DNA of 64,000 bases, from assembly GCA_009103225.1 (NCBI GenBank), contig RHPI01003369.1:503500-567499 (forward strand), in the 5' to 3' direction. The position numbers and the translations under genes were made by a program. Each line of letters begins with the position of its first letter. The first letter of the stretch is position 1. Shown here piece by piece: positions 33,101 to 45,764 of the stretch. Source of the DNA: Chlorokybus atmophyticus. Lineage: Eukaryota > Plantae > Mesostigma and Chlorokybus algae. The notes under the pieces are model-generated. The model searched no databases. It was not told the origin of the DNA and saw only the letters and a program-made list of their open reading frames with translations.

Positions 33101-35453
33101 CACAGGTGCGCCGTTGTTGCCATCGTCCTATTGGGTACCATGAACCACTCAAACAATAAGCCGCATCCCCTTCCGCACTCATCATGTTGCAGGCAGATTC
33201 TCTCAGGCATGCACAAATGACTGCCTACTGGTTGAATGCCTTCTTGCAGGCCTCTTCTGAGCACTCGCTGTGCTTTGCCGTGCCATCCGATGACGCAAGT
33301 GCTGCAGTACAAGCAATTGAGCGCTCCTTTGCGGCAGCCTTGAGATCTGGCGGAATCCAGAAAGTTGAGCGCTTTGGTTCCTGCTGTGTGATGGCCGTTG
33401 TTGGGCAGCAGATGGCTTCCACTCCTGGTGTCAGTGCCACAGTTTTCTCAGCACTGGCAAAGGCCAACATCAACGTAAAAGCTATTGCACAGGTGTGCAA
33501 GTTGTCACCCCAGAGGAGGTCGACCAATTGCACATGCAAGGGGATCAGCCTGTTGGGTGCTGAATCAACATTGTCACGCTTGTGCAGGGTTGCTCAGAGT
33601 ACAACATTACTGTTGTGCTAGATCAAGCAGATGGTGTTCGTGCACTGAATGCCGTTCATTCGCGATTTTACCTGTCAGAAACGACCATTTCTGTGGGACT
33701 TGTTGGGCCTGGTCTTATTGGGGCAACCCTGCTTGAGCAGATGCAGAGCCAGGTGATTGCCAGTCTCTGTGTCCCATATTCTGCATTTGCATTAGGCAAT
33801 TACATGACACAACATGGCTTTGACATGCGGTCCTGCAGGCGTCGTTTTTGAAAGACAAGTTTAACATTGATTTGCGTGTACTGGGTATCACCAATTCATC
33901 CAGCATGCTGTTGAGCTCAAGGTAAGCAGCTGCTACCATTTGCCCACTTGTTGCCATCAGTACGGAGTTGCTGTTCTTGGACACTCCAATGATAAACTAC
34001 TCCTATGACAGTGGTATCGACTTGAGTGAATGGGAAGCCGAATTTGAAAAGAGCAGCGTTCCTGCTGATCTTGATAAGTTCAACGAGCATGTCAAGACAG
34101 ACTACATTCCCAACGCTGTCATAGTGGATTGCACGGCATCAGACTTTGTCGCCAGCCATTATGTGAAGTGGATTGAAAAGGGCATTCATGTTGTCACCCC
34201 CAATAAGAAGGCCAACTCAGGGCCGCTGAATCAGGTATAACATTGAGTGCACCCACAGTGTCTGATCTGGCGGATGTCAGCGATGTCCTTCATCACCTCT
34301 GTAACACTGGTGTTGCAGTACAAGCGGCTGCGAGAGCTCCAAAGGAAGTCATACACCCATTACTTCTATGAAGGCACAGTAGGAGCTGGCCTACCTATCA
34401 TCAGCACGTTGCGTGGCCTGTTGGAAACAGGAGATAGCATTTTGCGTATTGAAGGCATATTCAGGTATGATGCGATGTCTGCAGCATGTGCGCTCCTTGC
34501 TGACCTACCCCTTGCGTTTGTTGCAGTGGAACTCTCAGCTACATTTTCAACACATATGATGGGTCAGTGCCCTTTAGCCAGATCGTGACATCTGCACGAG
34601 ACGCTGGCTACACCGAACCTGACCCACGCGATGACTTGTCTGGAATGGACGTTGCGCGCAAGGTTGGTGTGTGTTGGTTTCTTGCTTGATATGGTCAGCG
34701 CAATGTTAGTTGCCAGCACAGTGTAGTGGGCTGCCCGTTTGAGCTCACATGCGTTGCACCCAATTCTTCCTGCGTGTGTTGTAGGTCGTGATTCTTGCCC
34801 GTGAGAGCGGCTTGGACGTTGAGCTAGCGCAGGTTCCTGTGCAAAGTTTGGTGCCAGCTCCCTTGCGGGTGCGTATATGAGCAAAGTTGCAGTTATCTGC
34901 AAATCTATGCTGAATACCTTGTTGATGGTGCTTGACATTCTGAGGTGATGCTGTATCACATGCAGCATTGCTGACTGCTAATTCATGTAGCCTCATCATG
35001 TCAGTCTCTGAAAGACAGCTTAACAACAGTGTATGCGTCTGTCCAGACTGTAAAAAATGTTGAAGAGTTCTTGCAAAAGCTTCCCGGGTACGACGCTGAG
35101 ATGTTGAGGAAATACCAGGAGGCTGTTGACGCGGGCAAGGTGATTACCAGCGTCACTCTCATGCTTTGAAATGCGTGGCTGCGTATTCACACCGTATAAT
35201 ATGACAGGTTCTCCGATTTGTTGGGGTGGTGGATGTTGAACGCAGCGAAGCACGCGTTGAGCTACGAGAGTACCCATCATCGCATCCTTTTGCATCCCTC
35301 TCGGGCACGGACAACATCATCTCCTTCCAAACAATGCGATACAACGCACAACCACTCGTTGTTCGAGGACCAGGCGCAGGAAGGGAGGTCACAGCTGGCG
35401 GTGTTTTCAGTGATGTATTGCGACTAGCAGCATACTTGGGCGCCCCGTCATAG
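30155..35453 (+). CDS. AK-HSDH: Bifunctional aspartokinase/homoserine dehydrogenase, plastid-targeted; multi-exon
   Basis: WGVMK/FGG; [10 protein letters not shown]; GHGELWSA; [12 protein letters not shown]; [14 protein letters not shown]; [19 protein letters not shown]; two ACT regions; GPGLIG; IVDCTAS; [11 protein letters not shown]; [14 protein letters not shown]; [28 protein letters not shown]. Confidence 0.97.
31305..31391 (+). repeat. (GGGGT)n G-rich intronic tract, potential G-quadruplex
   Basis: More than 12 G-runs of at least 4 G; contains one N. Confidence 0.85.
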
Positions 35454-37305
35454 CTCAACAGCCTGAGCAGCGTGGGTTTTTGGGTGTACATTGATACATG
35501 CACGAGGTTGCAGAGTTGAGCTGTAGCGGATGAGGGTTGACTGCGGTTGAGAATCCCAACTTGGGCTGTTTGGGTGAGAGGGACGATGGCATTGCAGCAC
35601 CTGCCGGGTGCGACAGTCCAACACGCCCAAAGTGGAGTTGTGCAGGCTGATGCAGCGATTATTATTGCTGCTAAATGGTTATGGCATGATCAATTTCAAC
35701 GTGGAAGTGCTATCTGTCTTTAAATATCTGAGTACATAAATTGCAACCACGCATTATAGTATAGAAAAGTATAGCCCATCAGCAGCCTCCGTATGAAAAC
35801 TTCAAGAGTTGTAATTAAACCAACAAGTGGATTTACCACTTGCACCATAGCATGTGCAATGGTAGTGCATAAGAGAAGGATGTGCTATACGGAGCACATG
35901 CATGGTGTGAAGCAATCAGCACGCACAGTTGGTTAAACAACCATAACATTACTCCACCATTAGACTATTGCTATTCACATTTTGCTGACTATTTGCATAT
36001 TTAAAAATGATCACGTTACATTCAAGCGTTTCAATTATCACGTTACATTCAAGCGCTTAAAAGTGAAGATGCGCAACTTTTTCATCTCGTGCTATAGTTT
36101 GCATTGATGTTATCTACGCAAGTTGCGCGTTGTTGTTAATTACAAATGCATTTTTATCCAACTTTTTCCACACGTACAGTGCATAATCCAGCAACAATTT
36201 CGCAGCATTGTAGTAAGCAATCACTTTAGTCATGCACATTATGCGCCACTTGAACTTAGACCGTTGCCTATATGCATTATCATATTTATTTAATGTAATT
36301 GATGAATCCACATAATGTTGTCAAGACGTGCTACGAAACAATTCTACGAGTAACCTTTATAGTTGACCTCAGATTAACTCATGGCGTATAGAATGGTAAC
36401 ACGTCATTGCATTGACATCGCAAGGAGGCTTGTACCGCGTGCAACCTAGTTGTGTACCTAGATTGCTTATGGTTGTGCGTGCGTGGCAATGCTTTTGCTT
36501 GCTTGCGCTTGTGTCTACGCTTGGGGGCCCCCCTTTCACATACCCTATACACATTGTACTACCGTATGTAAGACGAGTGATGTAACACGAGTTGCAGGAA
36601 TATTCACCAGACGTTTCTGAGCCAGTCACACTGCCGTGGTCCAAACTTCTGATGAGTGCCACACAACAACCTCGGTAGCGAGTCGGCGCGCGCAACGCAA
36701 CATCGCCACCTTAACATGTTAAGGGCCCGTTCAGATGACATGACAAGGGCCGCGGGACCGCGGCCGTACCGTGTATGGCGCAAACGCAGTGTTGCACACC
36801 ATGTCCGAACGGGCCCGTTTTGATTGGCAAAAGCAAAACGCAAAGCAACACGGGAAGCAAAACTTTATGAGTAAACACTTTGCCGTTGAGGCTCCAACGA
36901 CATAGGCTTGCATTGACCCGGGGTCGGTGACACCTGCAAACCGGAACTGCCCGCAACAAACCTGCGGCAAGTTCCAGCTTCCTGCCGAAAGTTGGCCACA
37001 AACCAAACATGCATCGTAGAAAGCACAGTTCTGTGCTGCACAAAGCACGGAAAAGTGCGGCTTCCCAGACTTTTGCCTAATCAAGTGTGCCCTTGCCTTG
37101 CTCCCCGGGCCGGCGGCAGCGTCGATTGAAGCCAGACAGCGACCAGTGGTCGCCGACCAGTCGCGTACGGCCGGTAGGCTAAGGCGTAGAGCCTGCAGCA
37201 GCAAGCTAGCGCAGCATGCCGCGGGCAAGGCGGCGCTGTGTGTACACGCAGAGTAGTGTGTCTGGTGGAGGACGGCGACGGCGGGCGTGTTGGGCTGTGG
37301 CGTGC

Positions 37306-40300
37306 ATGGACAGGATGGCGGTGTTTGAAGGTCAGTGAGGGCGCAGGTACGTCCTTACGCCGGGAGTTGCAACGCACAGTGTTGAAGTTTGCACACGCAG
37401 GCACGCGTACACGCACACGCAACCACAATTGCGTCACACTCAAACTGTTAAGCTGCAAAGTCTTAGCACCAGCAGCAAGATGTAGTTTGTAGTCAAGCTC
37501 AGTCCCGGTAAGCTACGAGCTTAAAGCCAACGGTGAGTACCTCATGACATTGGCAGCGATTGGTTGATGTGGTTGATGTTGAACAGGCCTTGCCACCAGC
37601 TGCAAACGCGGCCTAACCTTGGTCGCAAACATGAGTTGGACAATAGAGATCACGTCGCACCTGCCGCAACGTATGCCCCTCTTGTTCATCTCAACCTCAC
37701 CATACATCGAGCGAACCGATGGCGCAGCTGTTGCATACACATGGCTTTCGGCAGCTTGACGTCATCTGACAGCTGCAGCTGTCAGAGATCACCAAGTGTC
37801 CTGTCATGCATGCACGAAATTGATGTCATGGCCGTTTTTTGTATTACGGTTCAGCATAGCGACTGGCATACAATGCTTGTGCCAGCTGTGCAAGAATGCC
37901 TGTTGACTTTGCTTGCAATCGCCAAGCGCCAACAGATTCTTTTCCTATGCCCAGCGTTGTGCGCCAATTCCTTGTGCCGATGACAGAGATGTGACGAAGT
38001 GCCGCTCGTGCATGGGTGATGATCAGGCTACATGTGGTGTGGCTTGACTTGTGGTCTGAACTACAAGCTTTGGGGGCATGTGGAATGCTTTGGTGGCTAC
38101 GTGGAAGCGGGTGCTGATGGCCTCACCCGCACCAGCCTCAGCTATGGAGGTTGTCACCACCAGACAGGTGAGCAGAAACGACCAACACTAACCCTTGCAT
38201 GCTCACAGCTAGCATTGAGTAGGACTGTAATTTACCATTCACTTAACTGCAGGAAGAATGCACAGCTGAGGAGGTGGATTGCACAGTTGAGGAGATTGTT
38301 CTCAGCAACGAGCGGCTTTGCGCCGATGTGGCGAGTCTCTTGAGGCAGCAACGCAGCATTACAGTTGGCGCTGATGTTATGCTTGATGGTCATGACAATG
38401 GTGGAAGGCTGGAAAAATCCAAGCTCGGTGCAGTCGCGCTTCCACAGCAGCCCCACATCCCGCCTTATGTGTCTTGGATGTCTGTTCTGCGCAACCAAGC
38501 CACCACTCTGGGAGGTGTGCACAAAGCAGCTGCATACAGAAACTCGCGCGCAACCAGTCGCCAGGCAAGATTTTGATGTTTTTCTCCAGGTATGCAAGCC
38601 CAATATGTGGCTTGACCTGGTGTTGTAATTTAACAGGGTGGTGCAGAAACAGCAACACAACATTTTTCTCTTTACTGCCGCCGCTGCCATGTGTACCTCT
38701 GTCGGCAGCACGCATTACTTCCTTTCACATCTGCGCGCACCCGCACTCGTTCACGAACAGCACCGGCAAGCGAGGCAGCCGCTTCTGCTTCTAAGTGCAC
38801 GGATTGCACTGAAATAGCTTTGCAAGAGAAGAAACAGCTACGCCGGTGCTACGGGTCGGAGGACCCACCCTGGACACCTGCTGCGATTGAGCTGTACCAG
38901 AAGGTCTGTTAACGCGTGTGTGCGTATGAAGTTGGTGATCAGCATTGCTCTCCCAACCAAGCATGAATATGACAAGTTGATGAGCCAGTTGAGTGTGGGG
39001 TTGTGGTGGGTGAAGTGCTGTTGTTGCGAGCCGACTGGACTTGTGTATCTATCAGGGCGTGCAGCTGTATGGAGTTGGCGGGTGTTGCTGCCGGATCGCT
39101 CGCTTGCTGCACGCAGACAAGACACCCGCAGAGGTTTGTGAGCATGTGTTACATAAACAGTACATCCCCCCCTCCCCTCATCCCCAAACGAAAAAAAACA
39201 CTTCACAGAAGAACACACGTGACCACCTGCCCCAAACACCCTGCACACGGGCACACATCGATACAGCAGTTGCTTTGCGTACACAAGAGCAGACACATGC
39301 ACATGCTCATCCCTGTTTATTGCACAAACAAATGTGCGCGCGCATGAACTAGCGTTTCTACGCTATAATCGGGCAATGCGGCTCCTGTGCACGATTACAA
39401 CTTTGCAGTGCTGTCTTTTCAGTTTCAGTCAAAGCTTGAGTTTTCAACTCTCTTATTCGTATTCAGGTTCGCAACTACATGTCGCGCAGCTTGTTGGAAG
39501 CAAAAGACAAAGCAAACGAGAATAGCCAGTCCGATGAGGATGGGAGTGACGCCAACGCTGCCGAAAGGCCTCGCAAACGACGCAAGCGCGGCATTGCGCT
39601 GCCACGAAAGCGACTGAGCCGATACCGGCTGGCCGCAAACGCCCTGAGACGCATTGTGCAGCAGCAAGCCATTCAGAATGGCTCAAAGCAGCGGAAAAGG
39701 TGTGCATATAAACGTCTATGGTTGCGTGCAAGTTTGCACCTACTTTATTAAAGTCCTTTCCTTGGCTTGTGCTCCATGTAGCAGCAGTCTGCATGTTGCA
39801 TGCAGTTGTACACACAGTGTATACACAGTGTACATAGCCACTGTGTATACACATTGCACCCGCCTGTGAGCATTGGCATGCACACTGCTGCATATGTTGA
39901 CACTTGCGCATGTACCATAAGTACAACTACACAACTGTACATTTAGGTGAGATTATGTACATGCACTGTACATATACAGCAATGTGTACACACATTGCAC
40001 ACGCCTGCTGCCACAACTACAACTATACACCTGTACATATGTATTGAATTATGTGCCAAAATATGTCCAAGAATATTACTACTGCAGGAAGCTGCCATCG
40101 CGTTTCATCGCATTCGCAGAGCGCGGCGATGAGGTGCATCTAACGGGGCGCAATGGCGCAGCAACGGCAGCAGCGGGGACGCAAGACGATGATCATAGGC
40201 AGCAGCAGATGCAAGTGTCTAAGAGCAACGCCGTGTTGTGCAACCGAAAGCTGCTGATGATGTACCCCAAGCAGACATACGAGCCCTGCTGCCATGACGC

Positions 40301-41865
40301 TGGGTGCAGTGCCTCAAACACAGAAGGCGGCACGCGCGTGTTCGCATGCAGCTGCGCCCGCAACGGCACGTTCTGTAAGTTGGGCATTACTGCAAGCACA
40401 TACAGTCTCAGATGGCATACACAGTACGCATCTTTGGCTTATGGGATGTCAAGAGCATAGCTGCAGACATGTTTCATAGTTGTGTAATCTGGATATTGAA
40501 TATATAATTCTGTTGGACTTCTCACAGGCCAGTAGATAGGTTTAGGAGTCATTTGCAGTTTACTGATTGTCTTAACAACAAGCAATGTTTGATGCGTCCA
40601 GGTGAGAAATACTGCAACTGCAGTTTGGACTGCCCTCAGAGGTTCAGAGGCTGCGCGTGCACTTCACCGCTGCAGTGCCGCTCAGACGCCTGTATTTGCA
40701 GGGCGCTGCATCGGGAGTGCGACCCAGATGTTTGCAGACAATGGTGAGCATCACAATTTTCTGCTGTGGTCACCTTGCATCAGTCTTGGTGCGACATGTT
40801 CATTGCTTGTGCGCTGCATGTGAAACAGCTTTCCATAGTTTCCATAGTATGCGGATTTATGAATATATGTGATGAAAGAAAATGCGCTGAGCTGATGTGA
40901 CTGTTGGCCGCAAGTGTTTGCGAAGATGGGACGCTGTGCACTAACACAGCCATCCGACAGCGCAAGCATGCGCGACTGCTGTTGGCACCAAGCGCTGTTG
41001 CTGGCTGGTAGGTTTGCACGTCACCAACCATTGCAAAGCAGCAGCTCAATTCTTCTCGTATTTCATGCCATTGGCAGAGCAGTAGAGTCAAATCACCGTC
41101 GATAGTCACTCGGTTGGTTATTTTTAGTGATGCTGTATGAGTCATATGTGTGCTGTAGGGGAGCGTTTCTGCGCGATGGTGCTCAAAAGGATGACTTCAT
41201 AGCTGAGTATGGTAAGGCGCTTTGAAGCCAACAGTTGCAAGGAAGGAAGATGTTATGTCGACTCATCCTTACTATCGTATCACTGCTATGTAGTTGGCGA
41301 GCTCATCTCTCAGGCAGAAGCCCAGAAGCGTGGCCGAGTATACGACCGCAAGAACATCAGCTTTTTATTTGAGGTAAGCTTCGCCTGTTGGTCACGTTTG
41401 TTAAGTTGTGCTTCTCCCAATGCCAACAGCTCAGCACGCTGTGTCTGGTGGATGCAGTTGGATGAGAGCTTGTGTGTGGATGCGATGCGTCTCGGCAACA
41501 AGGCCAAGTTTGCCAACCACTCAAGCTCGCCGAACATTTATGTCAAGGTGACATCTGTGGATGCTTGAGTGGTAGCACTACACCACTCCCCTTATGTGCT
41601 GCCTTACACAACAAGATGCCTTTACCAGATCATGTCTGTCTCCGGAGACCAGCGCATCGGGATGTATGCCGCCAAGGACATTGCGCACGGCGAGGAGATC
41701 TTCTTCAACTACCATCACAGCAAGGAGTGCCGCCCGCAGTGGATGAACGACCTCTCTCAGGACGAGGAGGAGGGGGGCCCCGCCATGGATGCGCACGCGA
41801 AGAAACTAAAGCTTGGCAAGCCTTGCAAGAAGCCGCCATCCAAACATGTGTGCGACACAAGGTAG
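37306..41865 (+). CDS. EZH2: Enhancer of zeste / EZH2 / CLF-like H3K27 methyltransferase (PRC2 catalytic subunit); 5' end uncertain
   Basis: YCRRCHVYLCRQH; CXC domain EKYCNCSLDCPQRFRGCAC...CRSDACIC...RECDPDVC; SET domain SAVAGWGAF...FIAEYVGELISQAEA...RGRVYDRKNISFLFE...DAMRLGNKAKFANHS...GDQRIGMYAAKDI..GEEIFFNY. Confidence 0.9.
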
Positions 41866-42521
41866 TGTTAGGTCATCGGGTAGGAGGGCTTCTTCGATTG
41901 GCAAATGACCCGTTTGCAGTCTTTCGTATTGTTGTGACAGTACCGTTCTTTGGTGAGCCGAGTGCTGGCTTCTGAATGCTAGCGCTCTCAAGCACAGCTA
42001 GTTCTCAAGAGCGAGTAAGCATATGATATGGTTGTGACACTTGGTTTGCACGAGCATGGTGCAGCATGGTGCAGCTGCCCTGAGATCTAGCAAGAAGCTG
42101 GTGAGCACTGTACTTTAGGCCCTGCAGCACAGCGCCACAGTACAGTGTAGGGGCTGCCAGTGTTCCCTGCGCACATGTTGAAGAGAGCCATGCGCTAAGG
42201 TGATTCCCTAGCTGCCGACGAACTGGCAGTTTGGGCAATGTCGTGTTTAGTCGAGAACTTAACCATCTCATGTACAAGTTGTGCAGTGAGGCATGCATCA
42301 GGCATTGCAAGCTGGCAGGGCATCTGTCTAACCATGCAACCCTTCTCTTCAAGCCTGCAACGTGATACTGCTTATTGCGTCCTGCAAGATGAGTAGCCCT
42401 ATCAATTAACTTGGCAGCGGTGCCGCATGGTAAACTTGACCTTCGAGTCGTTATCAGCTGCCACCGTTTCACATACTCAACGGTAGTCCTCACTTGTCAA
42501 CGACCGTTTTGACAACAAGTA

Positions 42522-43265
42522 GCTGCAACGGCGGTGGTGTCGCTCCCGGTTGTGGATGGTGGTGACGTTGGTGTTGGTGGCTGAAGAAAAGAGAGGCATG
42601 TAGCCTGAGTTGTTGCTAATAACAGGCTGAATCGTTTAAGGCAATTCATCAAGTGTGAGGGTGTAACATGGGAGCATGTAGGTAGGACAATGGTGAGCTT
42701 GGGTGTGAGAGACTACGCTGACCCCGATCGCTCCCGCTGCACATGACGTCACACACAATTCGCGCTTTTCGGGACTCGGGCGTTGTTGGTTGCTCTTTTG
42801 TGCTGCTTCACCATGTAACGAACAAACGCTATACCAAGCTATGTGATAGCTGCAATGCAAGTGACACAGGACTGCCTGTAGCACTTGCGGTGTTTAACAC
42901 ATAATTTGGTATTGATGCGTGTTACATCGTGGAGCAGCACAAACAAAAGGATTCTCTGTGCTGCTCCACGATGTAACACGCGTCAATACCAAGCTACTCA
43001 CGACGCTGGAGTGCCGACAAGCGCGCACTGCGTGTAACACCATGTGCAACAAGAGCGACTGGGAACAGCGCAGTCTACTCAACTCTAGCTCACTGTCGCC
43101 CTACCGGCGTGCTATCACGCCACACCCTTACGCTTGGCGGGTTGCCAGGGACACCCAAGCCTATCGATTGCAACAACTAGACTACAAGCCCCCCTCCCTT
43201 TCTTTCAGCCAACGCCAACGTCACCACCATCCACCACCAACAGCGGGGCTGCGGCCGTCGCAACC
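42522..43265. repeat. Long imperfect inverted repeat (arms about 42522-42837 and 42906-43265) with a nested 35-bp hairpin (42906-42992)
   Basis: Hand alignment of the reverse complement shows collinear blocks, e.g. TTCAGCC..CCAACGTCACCACCATCCAC and AAGCGCG...CATGTGCA...GAGCGA...CAGCG.AGTCT. Nested arms differ by one base, 17-nt loop. Confidence 0.8.
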
Positions 43266-43668
43266 AATGCGCCCAGGATCCCCAATCGTGTAGAAGGTTT
43301 GCATGGAACCAATCTCCCCCACAAGACGTTCGAGCATCTTCCGTCACTGCCAGACAAGCACCTTATCAACGATGCCACTCTCAATCCAATAGCTGTGCAA
43401 GCTGCAGCACCCGCTCACCTTGAAATCAACATGTAGTTAACAGCATCCATGTCCCTCGTCCATCCGCTCATGGCTAAAGAGGAAACCAGCGTCCACGCCC
43501 TTGTTGGCCCTTAGCCCAACCCTGGCTGAGAATCTGCTCTTGTTGGACAGAACCAGCAGGTCAAGTTCGGTGTGCAAAACAATGCCTCACACCGCACATA
43601 ACCGCCACCAATAACAGCACCTTAGTTGCGGGCCAGTCTGGAACTGAACCAACTTCAAGTGACCAGTG

Positions 43669-44405
43669 TCAGGCTGTGGCTTCGCTTGAACACAAACTGA
43701 CGCCAAGTGCGACCAACAGAATCCCCGGGATGGCGTCTGTGTGAAAAATGGTGTGTCACTGCGGCCGCAAAGCTTTGACATTTGCAGCGATAACTTTCAT
43801 ACTCTATCCCCAACAACTTCATCAGGCTTTGGGCATGCAAGACCTCATCTGTTGGTTCAATATCAATATAAGCATCAGCATGACCACCAACATCAGCATG
43901 CAGCATATTCGTTCACTTTGCATTCCTCCCAACTGATGCTTGTTCACATTCCCATCATGCAAGCATGCAATGTCATGCAAGTAATGCACAGCTTGTACTC
44001 ACATGCGAGGTTCAGATCTTCACCCAGCAGCGCCCCGACCGCAGCTGTGAAGGCGAAGGCGCTGGCGTTGGCTACCGGCGCCGCCACGGACACGCTGGAC
44101 CTGGACAGCGCCCACAGGAAGCCCACCGACCCGGCCAGGTTTACCAGGAAGGGGACCAAATACTGCATGTATTGGGTTCAGAGAGTTGCATGTGTGAATC
44201 AGGTGGGCATGCAGGTAAGCAGCATAGCTACCTGCCAGGTGGTCAGGTAGAGCGCCCAGTCACCCAGCAGCTGGACGCCAACAGCAGACTGCTGCTGCTG
44301 CTGCTGCTTGCTTGCTCGCAGCCGGGCGCGTGCGGCTCCCCGCTTGATCAGCGGGTTGGTACATCCCCAGCAGGCGCCCACAAGCACGACCTCCCACACG
44401 CCCAT
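43669..44405 (-). CDS. TMEM234: TMEM234-like small membrane protein (DMT/EamA-like); 3 exons
   Basis: VLVGACWGCTNPLIKRG / YLVPFLVNLAGSVGF...SVSVAAPVANASAFAFTAAVGALLGE / GILLVALGVSLC. Confidence 0.85.
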
Positions 44406-45284
44406 ACCGCCGCCGCCGCCGCCTTCTCCGCCTGGCTGGCTGGCTTGCCGCCGACCGTCAGCGCGGACGTTCGAGCACTCTGCGACGACACGTGCATTGC
44501 TCGGGGAAGCACTGCGAGGAAATGTCGGCACATGGGCGGCAGGCAGTCCAGGCTTGTCGGCGCCATTGACACTTATACTCCTGCTTGTGTGAAGCTCACG
44601 CTCACTGCTTGGGCTGCTTGAAGCCTGCAACGAGGAAACATCAAGGCAATGTGCACTTACACTCGTCCCGTGGCTGTGGTTGTTGTAGCCCAAGCTTGTA
44701 GGGAAATGCGCTGGATGTGTGGACTGCACTGTGCTTTCAGCCACAGCAGTTGGTTGTTGAGCTGTGCTAGCGTGTCAGGATGAGTGGTAAGTGGGCTGTG
44801 CGTGTAAGCGGCGGTGGCACTTTGGGCCATCAACAAAAACAGGTTGACTTGGTTCAGGCAACAATCTACTCGTGATTATGGTACGCGAAGACACTGGACT
44901 CATGCTGCATGCGCAAGCATATGTGTGCCTCTGTGACACACAGTCTGCATGTTACAGTTCCCCGTGTGTAAGTGTATGATAACAAGTGGCTCCTCGACTA
45001 CTATCAGTACATGGACACACCATAACTTGCCTGCCAACTGCGTGCAGATGTGTGCATACAGATACTGTGTCACACAACGCAGCAGCAAGCAAAACATGCA
45101 TCAGTGTGCGCGTGGGTGAGATACGAGCAGTGCTGATGCAACCATGCAAAATCTCAACCTTCATGCACACACTTGAAGGTTTCTGCAAAAAGAGCGTGTG
45201 TGGAGGTCAAGTTATGCCTCTGTAGAATTGCAAGCTGGTAATGATTTCCACACGAGATTTCCAGAACGGACACATTGAGCCAAC

Positions 45285-45456
<172 letters not shown>

Positions 45457-45764
45457 TTTCAAGCTTGATCTCGCACATGTGCATGCTTGTATAAGAGGTG
45501 TTGTTAGGTGTTCATGCTCACCTTGCTCGTCCGCATCTCTGGAGGGGGATTGTTCTGCACTGGTCCACTCTTTGTGTGCATGTGCGCGTTTGTGTGGGTG
45601 GGTGTATGCACTTGCGCGTGTGTATAGCCTTGTGTGCGTGGCGTGGTGTGGGGACATGCGCATTGTTGTGAGCGCGTATGCAAACCAATGCCTGGCAGTC
45701 TCGCCACGCTCGCAGCAAGGGAAACATTCCAGGCCATCAATGATACATCATCACACGGTCCCAG

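Noticed and set aside
36010-36056. Tandem duplication of ATCACGTTACATTCAAGCG
   Set aside because: Simple two-copy local duplication in AT-rich intergenic DNA with no further structure.
42005-42493. 162-aa minus ORF next to the long inverted repeat
   Set aside because: No recognisable transposase or other motif; overlaps the probable E(z) 3' flank.
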